A DNA stretch of 64,000 nucleotides from Escherichia coli (GTDB taxonomy: Bacteria; Pseudomonadota; Gammaproteobacteria; Enterobacterales; Enterobacteriaceae): assembly GCF_003991155.1 (NCBI RefSeq), contig NZ_CP031293.1. One strand, 5' to 3'. This document shows, in pieces, positions 15,110 through 25,634 of the stretch (the stretch's first letter is position 1; each line of letters opens with the position of its first letter). The notes below the pieces were generated by a model that did not search any database, was not told where the DNA came from, and worked only from the letters and a program-made list of their open reading frames with translations. Position numbers and translations under genes: made by a program.

Positions 15110-15961
15110 TTACCCCGCCCGATAAAACGGTTTATCCCCAAGAATCGTCGCCCGATGCATAATCCGCCGCTGTGGCAGGTAATCCGCATTGGCATAGTGC
15201 TGGGTCACGCGGTTATCCCAAATCGCGATATCATTTGGCTGCCAGCGCCAGCGCACCTGAAACTCCGGTTTGGTGATATGGGCAAACAAAAAACCTAACA
15301 AGGCTTCGCTCTCTTTCTCGCTGACATCAACAATTCGCGTGGTAAAGCCTTCATTCACAAACAGCGCCTGTTTACCGCTCACCGGATGCGTTCGCACCAC
15401 CGGATGTAGCAACGGCGGATTTTTCGCGACCGCCTCGCGCCAGCGTTGATGCTCCTCCTCGGTTTTGCGGTATTTGTATTCCGGGAACGATTTACGGAAA
15501 TCATGCTCCGCACGCAACCCGCTCAGCAGCTGGCGGAAGGGAACAGAGAGCGCCTCATAGGCCGCAATACCGCTGGTCCAGAGCGTATCGCCGCCGGTCG
15601 AGGGTAACTCTTTTGCCGCCAGAATCGCCCCTGCGGGTGGCGTTTCAATAAATGTCACATCGGTATGCCAGTTGTCGTTATCCGGCGGATTATCGTTATG
15701 AGTATCCAGGACGATGATCTCGTCAACCCCTTCGGCATGAGGGTAAACAGGATGAATATGCAGTTCGCCAAAACGTTGGGCCAGCGCGCGTTGCTGCTGC
15801 GGCGTAATAGCTTGATCGCGCAGAAACACCACCTGATGGCGCAGCACCGCATGGTAAAGCTGTTCAAACTGATTATCGCTTAACGGGCGCGTCAGGTCGG
15901 CACCCGAAATTTGTGCGCCAATATACGGCCCCAGCGGGGTAATGCTCAGACGTTCACTCAT
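15110..15961 (-). CDS. tauD: Taurine dioxygenase (Fe/2-oxoglutarate-dependent)
   Basis: 283 aa [50 protein letters not shown]... Confidence 0.95.
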   Translation of the reverse strand: MSERLSITPLGPYIGAQISGADLTRPLSDNQFEQLYHAVLRHQVVFLRDQAITPQQQRALAQRFGELHIHPVYPHAEGVDEIIVLDTHNDNPPDNDNWHTDVTFIETPPAGAILAAKELPSTGGDTLWTSGIAAYEALSVPFRQLLSGLRAEHDFRKSFPEYKYRKTEEEHQRWREAVAKNPPLLHPVVRTHPVSGKQALFVNEGFTTRIVDVSEKESEALLGFLFAHITKPEFQVRWRWQPNDIAIWDNRVTQHYANADYLPQRRIMHRATILGDKPFYRAG

Positions 15962-16785
15962 TGTACTTCTCCATGCCAGGGCGTCAGGCGGCGCTGTAAC
16001 GCGCGCAAACCCAGTTCTAAAAGAAAAGCGATAATCGCAATCACCGCGATCCCCGCCAGCACCACGTCAGTCGCGAGAAATTCACCCGCTGACTGAACCA
16101 TAAATCCTAAACCGCGCGTCGCGGCAATCAGCTCCGCCGCTACCAGCGTAGACCAGCCCACACCCAGACCAATGCGTAATCCGGTGAGGATTTCCGGCAG
16201 CGCACCGGGCAAAATAACAAACCACAGCACCTGCGCACGACTGGCACCCAGCGACTGGGCGGCACGAATGCGAACCTGCTGCGCGCTTTTCACCCCCGCC
16301 AGCGCCGACATCGCCACAGGTGCAAAAATCGCTAAATAGATCAGTAAGATCTTCGAGGTTTCGCCAATACCAAACCAGATCACCATCAGCGGCAAATAAG
16401 CCAGCGGCGGCACCGGACGATAAAGCTCGATTATCGGATCCAGAATGCCGCGCACCGTCGGGCTTAGCCCCATGGCGATCCCGACCGGAATACCGATCAA
16501 CACCGCCGCGAGTAGCGCCAGCAAAATGCGCGTCAGGCTGGCTGCCAGATGCTGCCACAGCGTGGCGTCCATAAATCCCTGCGGTCCGGCAATGGTGAGC
16601 AGTTTTGCCAGGACCTGTTGCGGTGGCGGCAAAAACAGCGGGCTAATCAGTTGCAGCGCCGCCACCGCCCACCATACAGTGAGTAAAACCGCTAACGTGC
16701 CAATGCTTAAGGTCACCTGACGCGAGAGCGGCCAGCGCCATTTCAGCCGATGCGAATGCAGTTTTTCATTAATGAGCACACTCAT
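15958..16785 (-). CDS. tauC: Taurine ABC transporter permease
   Basis: 275 aa multi-TM ABC permease; 4-bp overlaps with tauB and tauD. Confidence 0.93.
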   Translation of the reverse strand: MSVLINEKLHSHRLKWRWPLSRQVTLSIGTLAVLLTVWWAVAALQLISPLFLPPPQQVLAKLLTIAGPQGFMDATLWQHLAASLTRILLALLAAVLIGIPVGIAMGLSPTVRGILDPIIELYRPVPPLAYLPLMVIWFGIGETSKILLIYLAIFAPVAMSALAGVKSAQQVRIRAAQSLGASRAQVLWFVILPGALPEILTGLRIGLGVGWSTLVAAELIAATRGLGFMVQSAGEFLATDVVLAGIAVIAIIAFLLELGLRALQRRLTPWHGEVQ

Positions 16786-17549
16786 GAGAATGCCTCCCGT
16801 TGCTCAAATACGCGGCTTAAAACATATTCGCGCATGGCGATGAATTGTGGATCGGACTTGATGCTGCGGCTCGGTTCCCCGGCAACAAAGCGGCGAGCAA
16901 AGTTGAGCGGCAGCCGCTCCAGCACGCGGCCAGGGCCGGATGAAAGCAGAACCAGTTCAGTCGCCATAAACACCGCTTCTTCTATATCGTGGGTAATCAA
17001 CAGCACCTGCTTGCCCGTCTCCTGCCAGAGTTTCAGCAGCAGGGTTTGCATCTGATCGCGGGTGAAGGCGTCCAGCGCGCCAAACGGTTCGTCGAGTAAT
17101 AACAGCTGGGGATTCGCCGCCAGCGCGCGGGCAATCCCTACCCGCTGACGTTGACCGCCGGAAAGCTGCCAGATATAGCGTTTTTCTGCGCCTTCCAGCC
17201 CCACTTTTTTCAGCATCTGGTGCGCGATTTCCAGTCGCTGTACTTTCTCTACACCTGCCAGTTGCAGGCCGAATGCCACGTTGTCCTGTACATTGCGCCA
17301 CGGTAGTAGCCCTTCATTCTGAAAAACTACGCCACGCTCTGCTCCCGGTCCCTCAATACGCTTACCCGCCAGTTGAATGCTGCCATGCTGATAAGGCACA
17401 AAACCGGCAATCAGATTCAGCAAGGTGGTTTTGCCGCAGCCAGACGGCCCCAGCACCACCAGTAGCTCGCCGCTTTCCAGCGTCAGGTTGATATCTTCCA
17501 GTGCCGGTTTGCCGCCATAATCGGCGTAAAGATGAGAGATTTGCAGCAT
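16782..17549 (-). CDS. tauB: Taurine ABC transporter ATP-binding protein
   Basis: 255 aa; Walker [10 protein letters not shown], signature LSGGQRQRV. Confidence 0.93.
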   Translation of the reverse strand: MLQISHLYADYGGKPALEDINLTLESGELLVVLGPSGCGKTTLLNLIAGFVPYQHGSIQLAGKRIEGPGAERGVVFQNEGLLPWRNVQDNVAFGLQLAGVEKVQRLEIAHQMLKKVGLEGAEKRYIWQLSGGQRQRVGIARALAANPQLLLLDEPFGALDAFTRDQMQTLLLKLWQETGKQVLLITHDIEEAVFMATELVLLSSGPGRVLERLPLNFARRFVAGEPSRSIKSDPQFIAMREYVLSRVFEQREAFS

Positions 17550-17561
17550 CTGCGCCTCCTT

Positions 17562-18524
17562 TTATTGCACGAAGCGCGAGGTCACGTACTGGCTGTAATC
17601 ATTCGCCACGGCAGGGACTTTGCCCTGATCTTTCAAAAACTGCGCGGTGTCGATGATCGCTTTGTTCACCGATCCGGTCAGTTCTGCCGTTTGCTGCTGC
17701 GGCGTCAGATAGGTATTCCCCTTCACCAGCCCCGGAACGTCACCTTCAGGCACGCCGCTTAACCGCGCCAGTTTGCTGATGTTTTCCGGCTGTTTCAGCC
17801 ACGCGTCTGGGTTAGCAATGTACGGTTGCTGAGCATCGATGGCGCTTTTAGCGAACGCTTTCACGACCTCAGGATGTTTCTCGGCAAAATCTTTGCGCAC
17901 TACCCAGACATCCAGCGTCGGCGCACCCCACTGCCCGACCTGTTCAGAATCGGTCAGCACCTTGCCGTCTTTTTCCAGGGCGTTAACCGCCGGTGCCCAG
18001 ACATAAGCACCATCAATGTCTCCCCGCTGCCATGCAGCGATAATCGCGGGCGGCTGCAGGTTCACAATCTCCACTTGCCCGGGTTTAATACCCCAGTGTT
18101 TCAGCGCCGCCAGCAGGCTGTAGTGGGTGGTGGAGATAAACGGTACGGCGATGCGCTTGCCAATCAGATCTTCCGGTTTGCTGATAGTTTTCTTCACCAC
18201 CAGCGCTTCGGAGTTACCCAGTTTTGACGCCAGCAAGAAGACTTCAATCGGCACCTGTTGGCTGGCTGCAACCGCTAACGGGCTGGAACCGAGGTTACCG
18301 ATTTGGACATCGCCTGAAGCCAGCGCCCGCACGATGCTGGCTCCGCTGTCAAACTTACGCCAGTCCACGGTTGCTCCGCTTTCTTTAGCAAAGGTGTTGT
18401 CGGCCTGAGCCACTTTCGCCGGTTCGGCTGAGGTTTGATAGGCCACGGTGACGTTCACCGCCTGTGCCTGAAAAGCGATGAATGCCAGTGCGGCAAGAAG
18501 TGTGTTACGCGATGAAATTGCCAT
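17562..18524 (-). CDS. tauA: Taurine ABC transporter periplasmic binding protein
   Basis: ORF-track frame to 18581; ATG at 18524 gives 320 aa with signal peptide MAISSRNTLLAALAFIAFQAQA. Confidence 0.9.
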   Translation of the reverse strand: MAISSRNTLLAALAFIAFQAQAVNVTVAYQTSAEPAKVAQADNTFAKESGATVDWRKFDSGASIVRALASGDVQIGNLGSSPLAVAASQQVPIEVFLLASKLGNSEALVVKKTISKPEDLIGKRIAVPFISTTHYSLLAALKHWGIKPGQVEIVNLQPPAIIAAWQRGDIDGAYVWAPAVNALEKDGKVLTDSEQVGQWGAPTLDVWVVRKDFAEKHPEVVKAFAKSAIDAQQPYIANPDAWLKQPENISKLARLSGVPEGDVPGLVKGNTYLTPQQQTAELTGSVNKAIIDTAQFLKDQGKVPAVANDYSQYVTSRFVQ

Positions 18525-18890
18525 GATTGTCTGCTCCCCTGTCTTGTTATGGGAGCAGTATTCAGGAATAAAAACATTCATTAAAAGAATTAGTCGTTAT
18601 CGCACAGATGATTTTATTCTTAGCAAAAAAACGGCAAAGGAAAGATTAAATATGCAATGACTCCGTTCTAACAATTGGGAAAATTACTACACTTCATTTT
18701 AGTGATGCATAAACAACCACATTACGAGATTTATTACTTCATTATTTCTATCAATATCAATACATATAATAAAACTATTATATTCGCATTATATATATCA
18801 CTGTATCATTCTCAATCACTCGCATATTACATTCACATAATGTATATAAACAATACTTGTTCACAGAACATATTTTTTAAATGCAATTAA

Positions 18891-18920
18891 TTGACAAACT
18901 AAATCACATCTAAATACAAT
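18891..18920 (+). promoter_or_regulatory. Candidate sigma70 promoter (TTGACA-N18-TACAAT) in the AT-rich tauA/yaiS intergenic region
   Basis: ttgaca 18891-18896, 18-bp spacer, tacaat 18915-18920; about 210 bp upstream of the yaiS start; sequence-only prediction. Confidence 0.3.
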
Positions 18921-19139
18921 GTATAAAACAAAATAACTATACATACCAAACACACAAACACTTAACATATGAATTGCATAAAAACATTAACCAGTCGCCC
19001 CCCCGGATCTGAAAGCCCTGGCTTTTCAATTATTAGCAACATTTAACACTTATAAATTAGCATCTGGCTGCGCCAGAGATTACGTCTCTGAGTGCATCGT
19101 TGTGCTTGTAGTATAATAAATAAAATGGAGTGTCATTAA

Positions 19140-19811
19140 GTGGATAAGGTTTTAGATTCAGCCCTCCTTTCTTCGGCAAATAAAAGAAAGGGTATCCTTG
19201 CTATTGGCGCACATCCTGACGATATAGAATTAGGCTGTGGCGCATCGCTTGCTCGTCTTGCGCAAAAAGGAATTTATATCGCAGCCGTGGTGATGACTAC
19301 CGGCAACTCTGGCACAGATGGAATAATCGATCGCCATGAAGAATCGCGCAACGCCCTAAAGATATTAGGGTGCCACCAAACTATTCATCTTAATTTTGCT
19401 GACACCCGCGCTCATTTACAGCTCAATGATATGATTTCCGCCCTGGAAGACATCATTAAAAATCAAATTCCGTCTGATGTAGAAATCATTCGTGTATACA
19501 CCATGCATGATGCTGACCGCCATCAGGATCATCTTGCAGTCTATCAAGCCTCAATGGTTGCCTGCCGAACTATTCCACAAATTCTCGGCTACGAAACCCC
19601 AAGTACCTGGCTTTCATTTATGCCTCAGGTTTTTGAATCCGTTAAAGAAGAATATTTCACAGTCAAACTTGCTGCATTAAAAAAACATAAAAGCCAGGAA
19701 CGACGCGATTATATGCGTCATGATCGCCTGCGTGCAGTTGCACAATTTCGCGGGCAACAGGTCAATAGCGATCTGGGTGAAGGCTTTGTAATTCATAAAA
19801 TGATTCTTTGA
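19140..19811 (+). CDS. yaiS: PIG-L/LmbE-family N-acetylglucosaminyl deacetylase-like protein
   Basis: 223 aa from GTG 19140; N-terminal ILAIGAHPDDIELGCG (PIG-L signature region); TATAAT at 19112-19117 and GGAG at 19127-19130 upstream; no signal peptide. Confidence 0.8.
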   Translation: MDKVLDSALLSSANKRKGILAIGAHPDDIELGCGASLARLAQKGIYIAAVVMTTGNSGTDGIIDRHEESRNALKILGCHQTIHLNFADTRAHLQLNDMISALEDIIKNQIPSDVEIIRVYTMHDADRHQDHLAVYQASMVACRTIPQILGYETPSTWLSFMPQVFESVKEEYFTVKLAALKKHKSQERRDYMRHDRLRAVAQFRGQQVNSDLGEGFVIHKMIL

Positions 19812-19820
19812 GCAAATTGC

Positions 19821-21017
19821 ATGAAAACCTGGATATTTATCTGTATGGCCGTAGCAATATTGCTATGGTTCCTGAGTACGTTAAGGCGTAAGCCCAGCCA
19901 AAAAAAAGGCTGTATTGACGCCATTATACCTGCGTATAACGAAGGCCCGTGTCTGGCGCAGTCACTGGATAATCTGCTGCGTAACCCTTATTTTTGCCGG
20001 GTAATTTGCGTTAACGACGGCTCCACGGACAATACCGAAGCGGTCATGGCGGAAGTCAAACGCAAATGGGGCGACCGCTTTATTGCCGTCACGCAAAAAA
20101 ATACCGGTAAAGGTGGTGCGCTGATGAATGGCCTCAATTACGCCACCTGCGACCAGGTTTTTTTAAGTGATGCCGACACCTATGTTCCGCCCGATCAAGA
20201 CGGAATGGGCTATATGCTGGCAGAAATAGAGCGCGGTGCTGATGCCGTAGGCGGCATTCCCTCTACTGCGTTGAAAGGCGCGGGTCTGTTACCGCACATC
20301 CGCGCGACCGTAAAGTTGCCGATGATTGTTATGAAGCGCACGCTACAGCAGCTCCTGGGCGGCGCACCGTTTATTATCAGCGGTGCCTGCGGGATGTTCC
20401 GTACTGATGTATTGCGTAAGTTCGGTTTCTCTGATCGTACTAAAGTCGAAGACCTTGATCTCACCTGGACATTGGTGGCAAACGGCTATCGTATTCGGCA
20501 GGCGAATCGCTGCATCGTATACCCACAGGAATGCAACAGCCCGCGTGAGGAATGGCGTCGCTGGCGGCGTTGGATTGTGGGCTACGCGGTCTGTATGCGC
20601 CTGCATAAAAGACTTTTATTTAGCCGCTTCGGTATCTTCAGTATATTTCCTATGCTGTTGGTTGTGCTTTATGGCGTTGGGATTTATCTCACTACCTGGT
20701 TTAATGAATTCATCACCACCGGGCCGCATAGTGTGGTGTTGGCAATGTTTCCGCTTATCTGGGTCGGCGTAGTTTGTGTTATTGGTGCTTTTAGCGCCTG
20801 GTTTCATCGTTGCTGGTTGTTGGTGCCTTTAGCGCCGCTTTCCGTTGTGTATGTATTATTAGCTTATGCCATCTGGATTATTTATGGACTTATTGCCTTT
20901 TTTACTGGACGCGAACCTCAGCGCGACAAACCCACCCGCTATTCCGCACTGGTGGAAGCGTCAACCGCTTATTCCCAACCTTCTGTCACAGGAACTGAAA
21001 AACTTTCTGAAGCTTAA
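19821..21017 (+). CDS. yaiP: Family-2 glycosyltransferase with N-terminal TM helix and C-terminal multi-TM region (synthase-like)
   Basis: 398 aa; N-terminal TM WIFICMAVAILLWFL, GT-A core with SDAD, EEWRRWRRW (QxxRW-like), hydrophobic C-terminal helices. Confidence 0.85.
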   Translation: MKTWIFICMAVAILLWFLSTLRRKPSQKKGCIDAIIPAYNEGPCLAQSLDNLLRNPYFCRVICVNDGSTDNTEAVMAEVKRKWGDRFIAVTQKNTGKGGALMNGLNYATCDQVFLSDADTYVPPDQDGMGYMLAEIERGADAVGGIPSTALKGAGLLPHIRATVKLPMIVMKRTLQQLLGGAPFIISGACGMFRTDVLRKFGFSDRTKVEDLDLTWTLVANGYRIRQANRCIVYPQECNSPREEWRRWRRWIVGYAVCMRLHKRLLFSRFGIFSIFPMLLVVLYGVGIYLTTWFNEFITTGPHSVVLAMFPLIWVGVVCVIGAFSAWFHRCWLLVPLAPLSVVYVLLAYAIWIIYGLIAFFTGREPQRDKPTRYSALVEASTAYSQPSVTGTEKLSEA

Positions 21018-21576
21018 TGTTAAAGAGAAAAATATTCAGATTGCAGACCAGGTAATTATTGATGAAACTGCAGGTGAAGTTGTTATCGGCGCGAATACCC
21101 GTATTTGTCACGGTGCCGTTATTCAGGGTCCGGTAGTGATTGGCGCAAACTGCCTGATAGGTAATTATGCGTTTATTCGTCCTGGCACAATAATCAGCAA
21201 TGGCGTAAAAATTGGTTTCGCCACCGAAATTAAAAATGCGGTTATTGAAGCGGAAGCAACGATTGGTCCGCAATGTTTTATTGCCGACTCGGTAGTCGCA
21301 AACCAGGCATATTTGGGCGCACAAGTACGTACCAGTAATCATCGTCTGGATGAACAGCCCGTGTCTGTTCGAACTCCAGAGGGAATTATCGCTACCGGAT
21401 GCGATAAATTAGGTTGTTATATCGGACAGCGTTCACGCCTTGGCGTACAAGTTATTATTTTGCCTGGGCGAATTATTTCCCCGAACACGCAACTTGGCCC
21501 GCGCGTGATTGTAGAACGTAATTTACCTACCGGAACTTATTCACTCCGACAAGAACTTATCCGTACAGGAGATTAA
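20866..21576 (+). CDS. yaiX: Hexapeptide-repeat (left-handed beta-helix) acyltransferase; intact; true start uncertain
   Basis: Repeats VIGANTRICHGAVIQGPVVIGANCLIGNYAFIRPGTIISNGVKIG; ATG-defined frame overlaps yaiP 3' end by about 150 nt; split by IS2 in MG1655 (from memory). Confidence 0.7.
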   Translation: MPSGLFMDLLPFLLDANLSATNPPAIPHWWKRQPLIPNLLSQELKNFLKLNVKEKNIQIADQVIIDETAGEVVIGANTRICHGAVIQGPVVIGANCLIGNYAFIRPGTIISNGVKIGFATEIKNAVIEAEATIGPQCFIADSVVANQAYLGAQVRTSNHRLDEQPVSVRTPEGIIATGCDKLGCYIGQRSRLGVQVIILPGRIISPNTQLGPRVIVERNLPTGTYSLRQELIRTGD

Positions 21577-21577
21577 A

Positions 21578-22351
21578 ATGATAAAACGGACGTTATTAGC
21601 GGCGGCCATTTTTAGCACATTGCCCGCTTATGCCGGGTTAACTTCCATTACCGCGGGCTACGATTTTACCGATTATTCTGGCGATCATGGCAATCGTAAT
21701 TTAGCGTATGCTGAACTGGTGGCGAAAGTTGAAAACGCAACGCTGCTTTTTAATCTTTCCCAGGGGCGTCGTGATTATGAAACTGAACATTTCAATGCCA
21801 CTCGCGGTCAGGGTGCGGTCTGGTATAAATGGAATAACTGGCTGACAACCCGAACGGGTATTGCCTTTGCGGATAATACGCCGGTCTTTGCCCGCCAGGA
21901 TTTTCGTCAGGATATTAACCTGGCACTGTTGCCAAAAACGCTTTTCACGACCGGTTATCGCTACACTAAATATTACGATGATGTCGAAGTCGATGCCTGG
22001 CAAGGCGGCGTATCCCTCTATACTGGCCCGGTGATCTCCAGCTACCGCTATACCCATTATGACTCCAGCGATGCAGGTGGTAGTTACAGCAATATGATTT
22101 CCGTGCGTCTGAATGACCCGCGCGGCACTGGTTATACGCAACTATGGCTAAGCCGCGGAACAGGCGCTTACACCTATGACTGGACGCCAGAAACACGCTA
22201 CGGCAGCATGAAGAGCGTCAGTTTGCAACGTATTCAACCGCTGACTGAGCAACTTAATCTCGGGCTGACGGCAGGTAAAGTGTGGTACGACACCCCAACC
22301 GATGATTATAACGGTCTGCAACTTGCAGCCCATCTGACCTGGAAATTCTAA
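21578..22351 (+). CDS. yaiO: Outer-membrane beta-barrel protein YaiO
   Basis: 257 aa; signal peptide MIKRTLLAAAIFSTLPAYA; alternating aromatic/hydrophilic pattern; C-terminal ...AAHLTWKF; starts 1 bp after yaiX stop. Confidence 0.8.
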   Translation: MIKRTLLAAAIFSTLPAYAGLTSITAGYDFTDYSGDHGNRNLAYAELVAKVENATLLFNLSQGRRDYETEHFNATRGQGAVWYKWNNWLTTRTGIAFADNTPVFARQDFRQDINLALLPKTLFTTGYRYTKYYDDVEVDAWQGGVSLYTGPVISSYRYTHYDSSDAGGSYSNMISVRLNDPRGTGYTQLWLSRGTGAYTYDWTPETRYGSMKSVSLQRIQPLTEQLNLGLTAGKVWYDTPTDDYNGLQLAAHLTWKF

Positions 22352-22460
22352 TTCCTTCTGCCGCCCGCTATCCGGGGCGGCCTTCCCTGCCGATTAGCCC
22401 CCCCTTTCCTCTTTGTTTTCCGACCACATTCACCGGATAAATTTTATTCTCCAGTGTTAT

Positions 22461-22510
22461 ATACTATAGGGGGGTATGCATTGACATATAGCATACCCCC
22501 CTATAGTATA
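22461..22510 (+). promoter_or_regulatory. frmRAB promoter embedded in FrmR operator palindrome
   Basis: Perfect 19-bp inverted repeat atactataggggggtatgc (22461-22479) / gcatacccccctatagtat (22491-22509) with G6/C6 tracts, flanking TTGACA at 22481-22486. Confidence 0.7.
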
Positions 22511-22535
22511 TTGCGTGCAGATGATGAGGTGCGAA

Positions 22536-22811
22536 ATGCCCAGTACTCCGGAAGAGAAGAAAAAGGTCCTTACTCGAGTTCGTCGTATTCGGGGGCAAAT
22601 TGATGCTCTGGAACGGTCGCTGGAGGGTGATGCCGAATGCCGTGCCATACTCCAACAGATCGCTGCCGTTCGGGGCGCGGCTAACGGGCTGATGGCAGAA
22701 GTGCTTGAAAGCCATATCCGGGAAACGTTTGACCGAAATGACTGCTACAGCCGCGAAGTCAGCCAATCCGTTGACGACACTATTGAACTGGTTCGTGCCT
22801 ATCTTAAATAG
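22536..22811 (+). CDS. frmR: Formaldehyde-responsive repressor FrmR (CsoR/RcnR family)
   Basis: ATG at 22536 gives 91 aa [41 protein letters not shown]... Confidence 0.9.
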
Positions 22812-22815
22812 CTGA

Positions 22816-23955
<1,140 letters not shown>

Positions 23956-24046
23956 TTTCCCGCAGGTTTACCCGTCCAGTTCAGACGGGGTTCTTAATAC
24001 TCTCCCCGGGCAGCCGCCCGGGGGATTAACCGTGAGATAATGACTG

Positions 24047-24880
24047 ATGGAACTCATTGAAAAACATGCTAGCTTTGGCGGCTGGCAAAATGTGTATCGG
24101 CATTATTCCCAATCACTGAAATGTGAAATGAATGTCGGCGTCTATCTCCCACCAAAAGCCGGGAATGAAAAATTACCGGTGCTGTACTGGCTTTCGGGCC
24201 TGACCTGCAACGAGCAGAATTTCATTACTAAATCGGGGATGCAACGTTACGCGGCGGAGCACAACATTATTGTTGTTGCGCCAGACACCAGTCCGCGAGG
24301 CAGTCATGTCGCAGATGCCGACCGTTACGATCTCGGGCAAGGTGCCGGGTTTTACCTGAACGCAACGCAAGCGCCGTGGAATGAACATTACAAAATGTAT
24401 GATTATATCCACAACGAGCTGCCGGATTTAGTGATGCAACATTTTCCGGCAACGACCAGAAAGTCTATCTCAGGTCATTCTATGGGCGGGCTGGGCGCGC
24501 TGGTGCTGGCGTTACGTAATCCAGATGAATATGTCAGCGTCTCGGCATTTTCGCCCATTGTCTCCCCATCGCAAGTACCGTGGGGACAGCAAGCCTTTGC
24601 CGCATATCTTGGTGAAAATAAAGAGGCCTGGTTGGATTACGATCCGGTGAGCCTTATTTCACAAGGTCAACGCGTTGCGGAAATCATGGTTGATCAGGGG
24701 TTGAGTGATGATTTTTACGCAGAACAGCTGCGGACTCCAAATCTTGAAAAGATCTGCCAGGAGATGAATATCAAGACGTTAATCCGTTATCACGAGGGTT
24801 ACGACCACAGCTATTATTTTGTCTCCAGTTTTATTGGCGAGCATATTGCGTACCACGCCAATAAACTGAATATGCGTTGA
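24047..24880 (+). CDS. frmB: S-formylglutathione hydrolase
   Basis: 277 aa; esterase D family, GHSMGG nucleophile elbow. Confidence 0.95.
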   Translation: MELIEKHASFGGWQNVYRHYSQSLKCEMNVGVYLPPKAGNEKLPVLYWLSGLTCNEQNFITKSGMQRYAAEHNIIVVAPDTSPRGSHVADADRYDLGQGAGFYLNATQAPWNEHYKMYDYIHNELPDLVMQHFPATTRKSISGHSMGGLGALVLALRNPDEYVSVSAFSPIVSPSQVPWGQQAFAAYLGENKEAWLDYDPVSLISQGQRVAEIMVDQGLSDDFYAEQLRTPNLEKICQEMNIKTLIRYHEGYDHSYYFVSSFIGEHIAYHANKLNMR

Positions 24881-24884
24881 TAAT

Positions 24885-24972
24885 GCCGGATGCGGCGTGA
24901 ACGCCTTATCCGCCTACATTTCGCCTGGAAACCGTAGGCATGATAAGACTCGCAAAGCGTCGCATCAGGCAT
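24885..24972. repeat. REP/BIME element between frmB and yaiL
   Basis: gccggatgcggcgtgaacgccttatccgcctac ... gtaggcatgataagactcgcaaagcgtcgcatcaggcat, two inverted REP-like units. Confidence 0.7.
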
Positions 24973-24993
24973 CTGCACATGATTTATCAATGT

Positions 24994-25533
24994 TTACCAC
25001 ATCAAATCATCAGGCACTTTGAAGTCAGCATACGGATCGTCTTCATCCTGCTCTTCGGCGCTGAGCGCGCTGTGCAACACAATACTGCTGGCATCACGCT
25101 GAGCAATTTTATCGGCAACGCTGGCGGGAATAATGGCGTATTCACCCTCACTATTGTTATCGACCAACAAGCGGGCAATAGCCAGACGACCATTAATCAA
25201 CTGCGTTTGCGTGAGCTTATCGACAAAAATCTTCTTAATCAGATTGCCGTCAGTGAAGTTAAAACCAATATCGCCATTGGCAATGGTAATTCGGTTCATT
25301 TCAATGAGCTGCTTCACCTGGGCTTTATATTCTTTCGCCAACGCCGCTTGTTTTTGTTGCTCGCTAAGCTGTTTATCACGCTCAAGCTGTGCCTTTTTAT
25401 TTTCTTCTACCGCCGCCCGAGCTTCACGCGCCTGAACACGCGATTTTTTCGCCGTTCTCTCGACCTTCGCCGCTTTTTTGCTGGTGACTAATCCTGCTTT
25501 GAGCAACTGCTCTTGTAAGGTAAGTTTTGCCAT
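24994..25533 (-). CDS. yaiL: DUF2058-family protein YaiL
   Basis: ORF-track frame to 25650; ATG at 25533 gives 179 aa MAKLTLQEQLLKAGLVTSKKAAKVERTAKKSRVQAREARAA..., lysine-rich N-terminus. Confidence 0.75.
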   Translation of the reverse strand: MAKLTLQEQLLKAGLVTSKKAAKVERTAKKSRVQAREARAAVEENKKAQLERDKQLSEQQKQAALAKEYKAQVKQLIEMNRITIANGDIGFNFTDGNLIKKIFVDKLTQTQLINGRLAIARLLVDNNSEGEYAIIPASVADKIAQRDASSIVLHSALSAEEQDEDDPYADFKVPDDLMW

Positions 25534-25634
25534 CTTTGTTTCCAAACCCGCTGAATAATTTTTAGCGAGTATACCTGTAAACGCCGTAGGTGTATTGGGG
25601 GGAAGTCCCTTTCGCCCCTGCTTAATAAGGCGCG

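Noticed and set aside
17562-18581. N-terminally extended ORF-track calls (tauA 339 aa; likewise psiF, hemB, sbmA, yaiL, mhpT, mhpC, lacA, cynX, cynR, codA, prpR, yahI, yahM)
   Set aside because: Extensions lack signal-peptide or Shine-Dalgarno logic, or overlap upstream genes or REPs; internal starts give the expected protein lengths.
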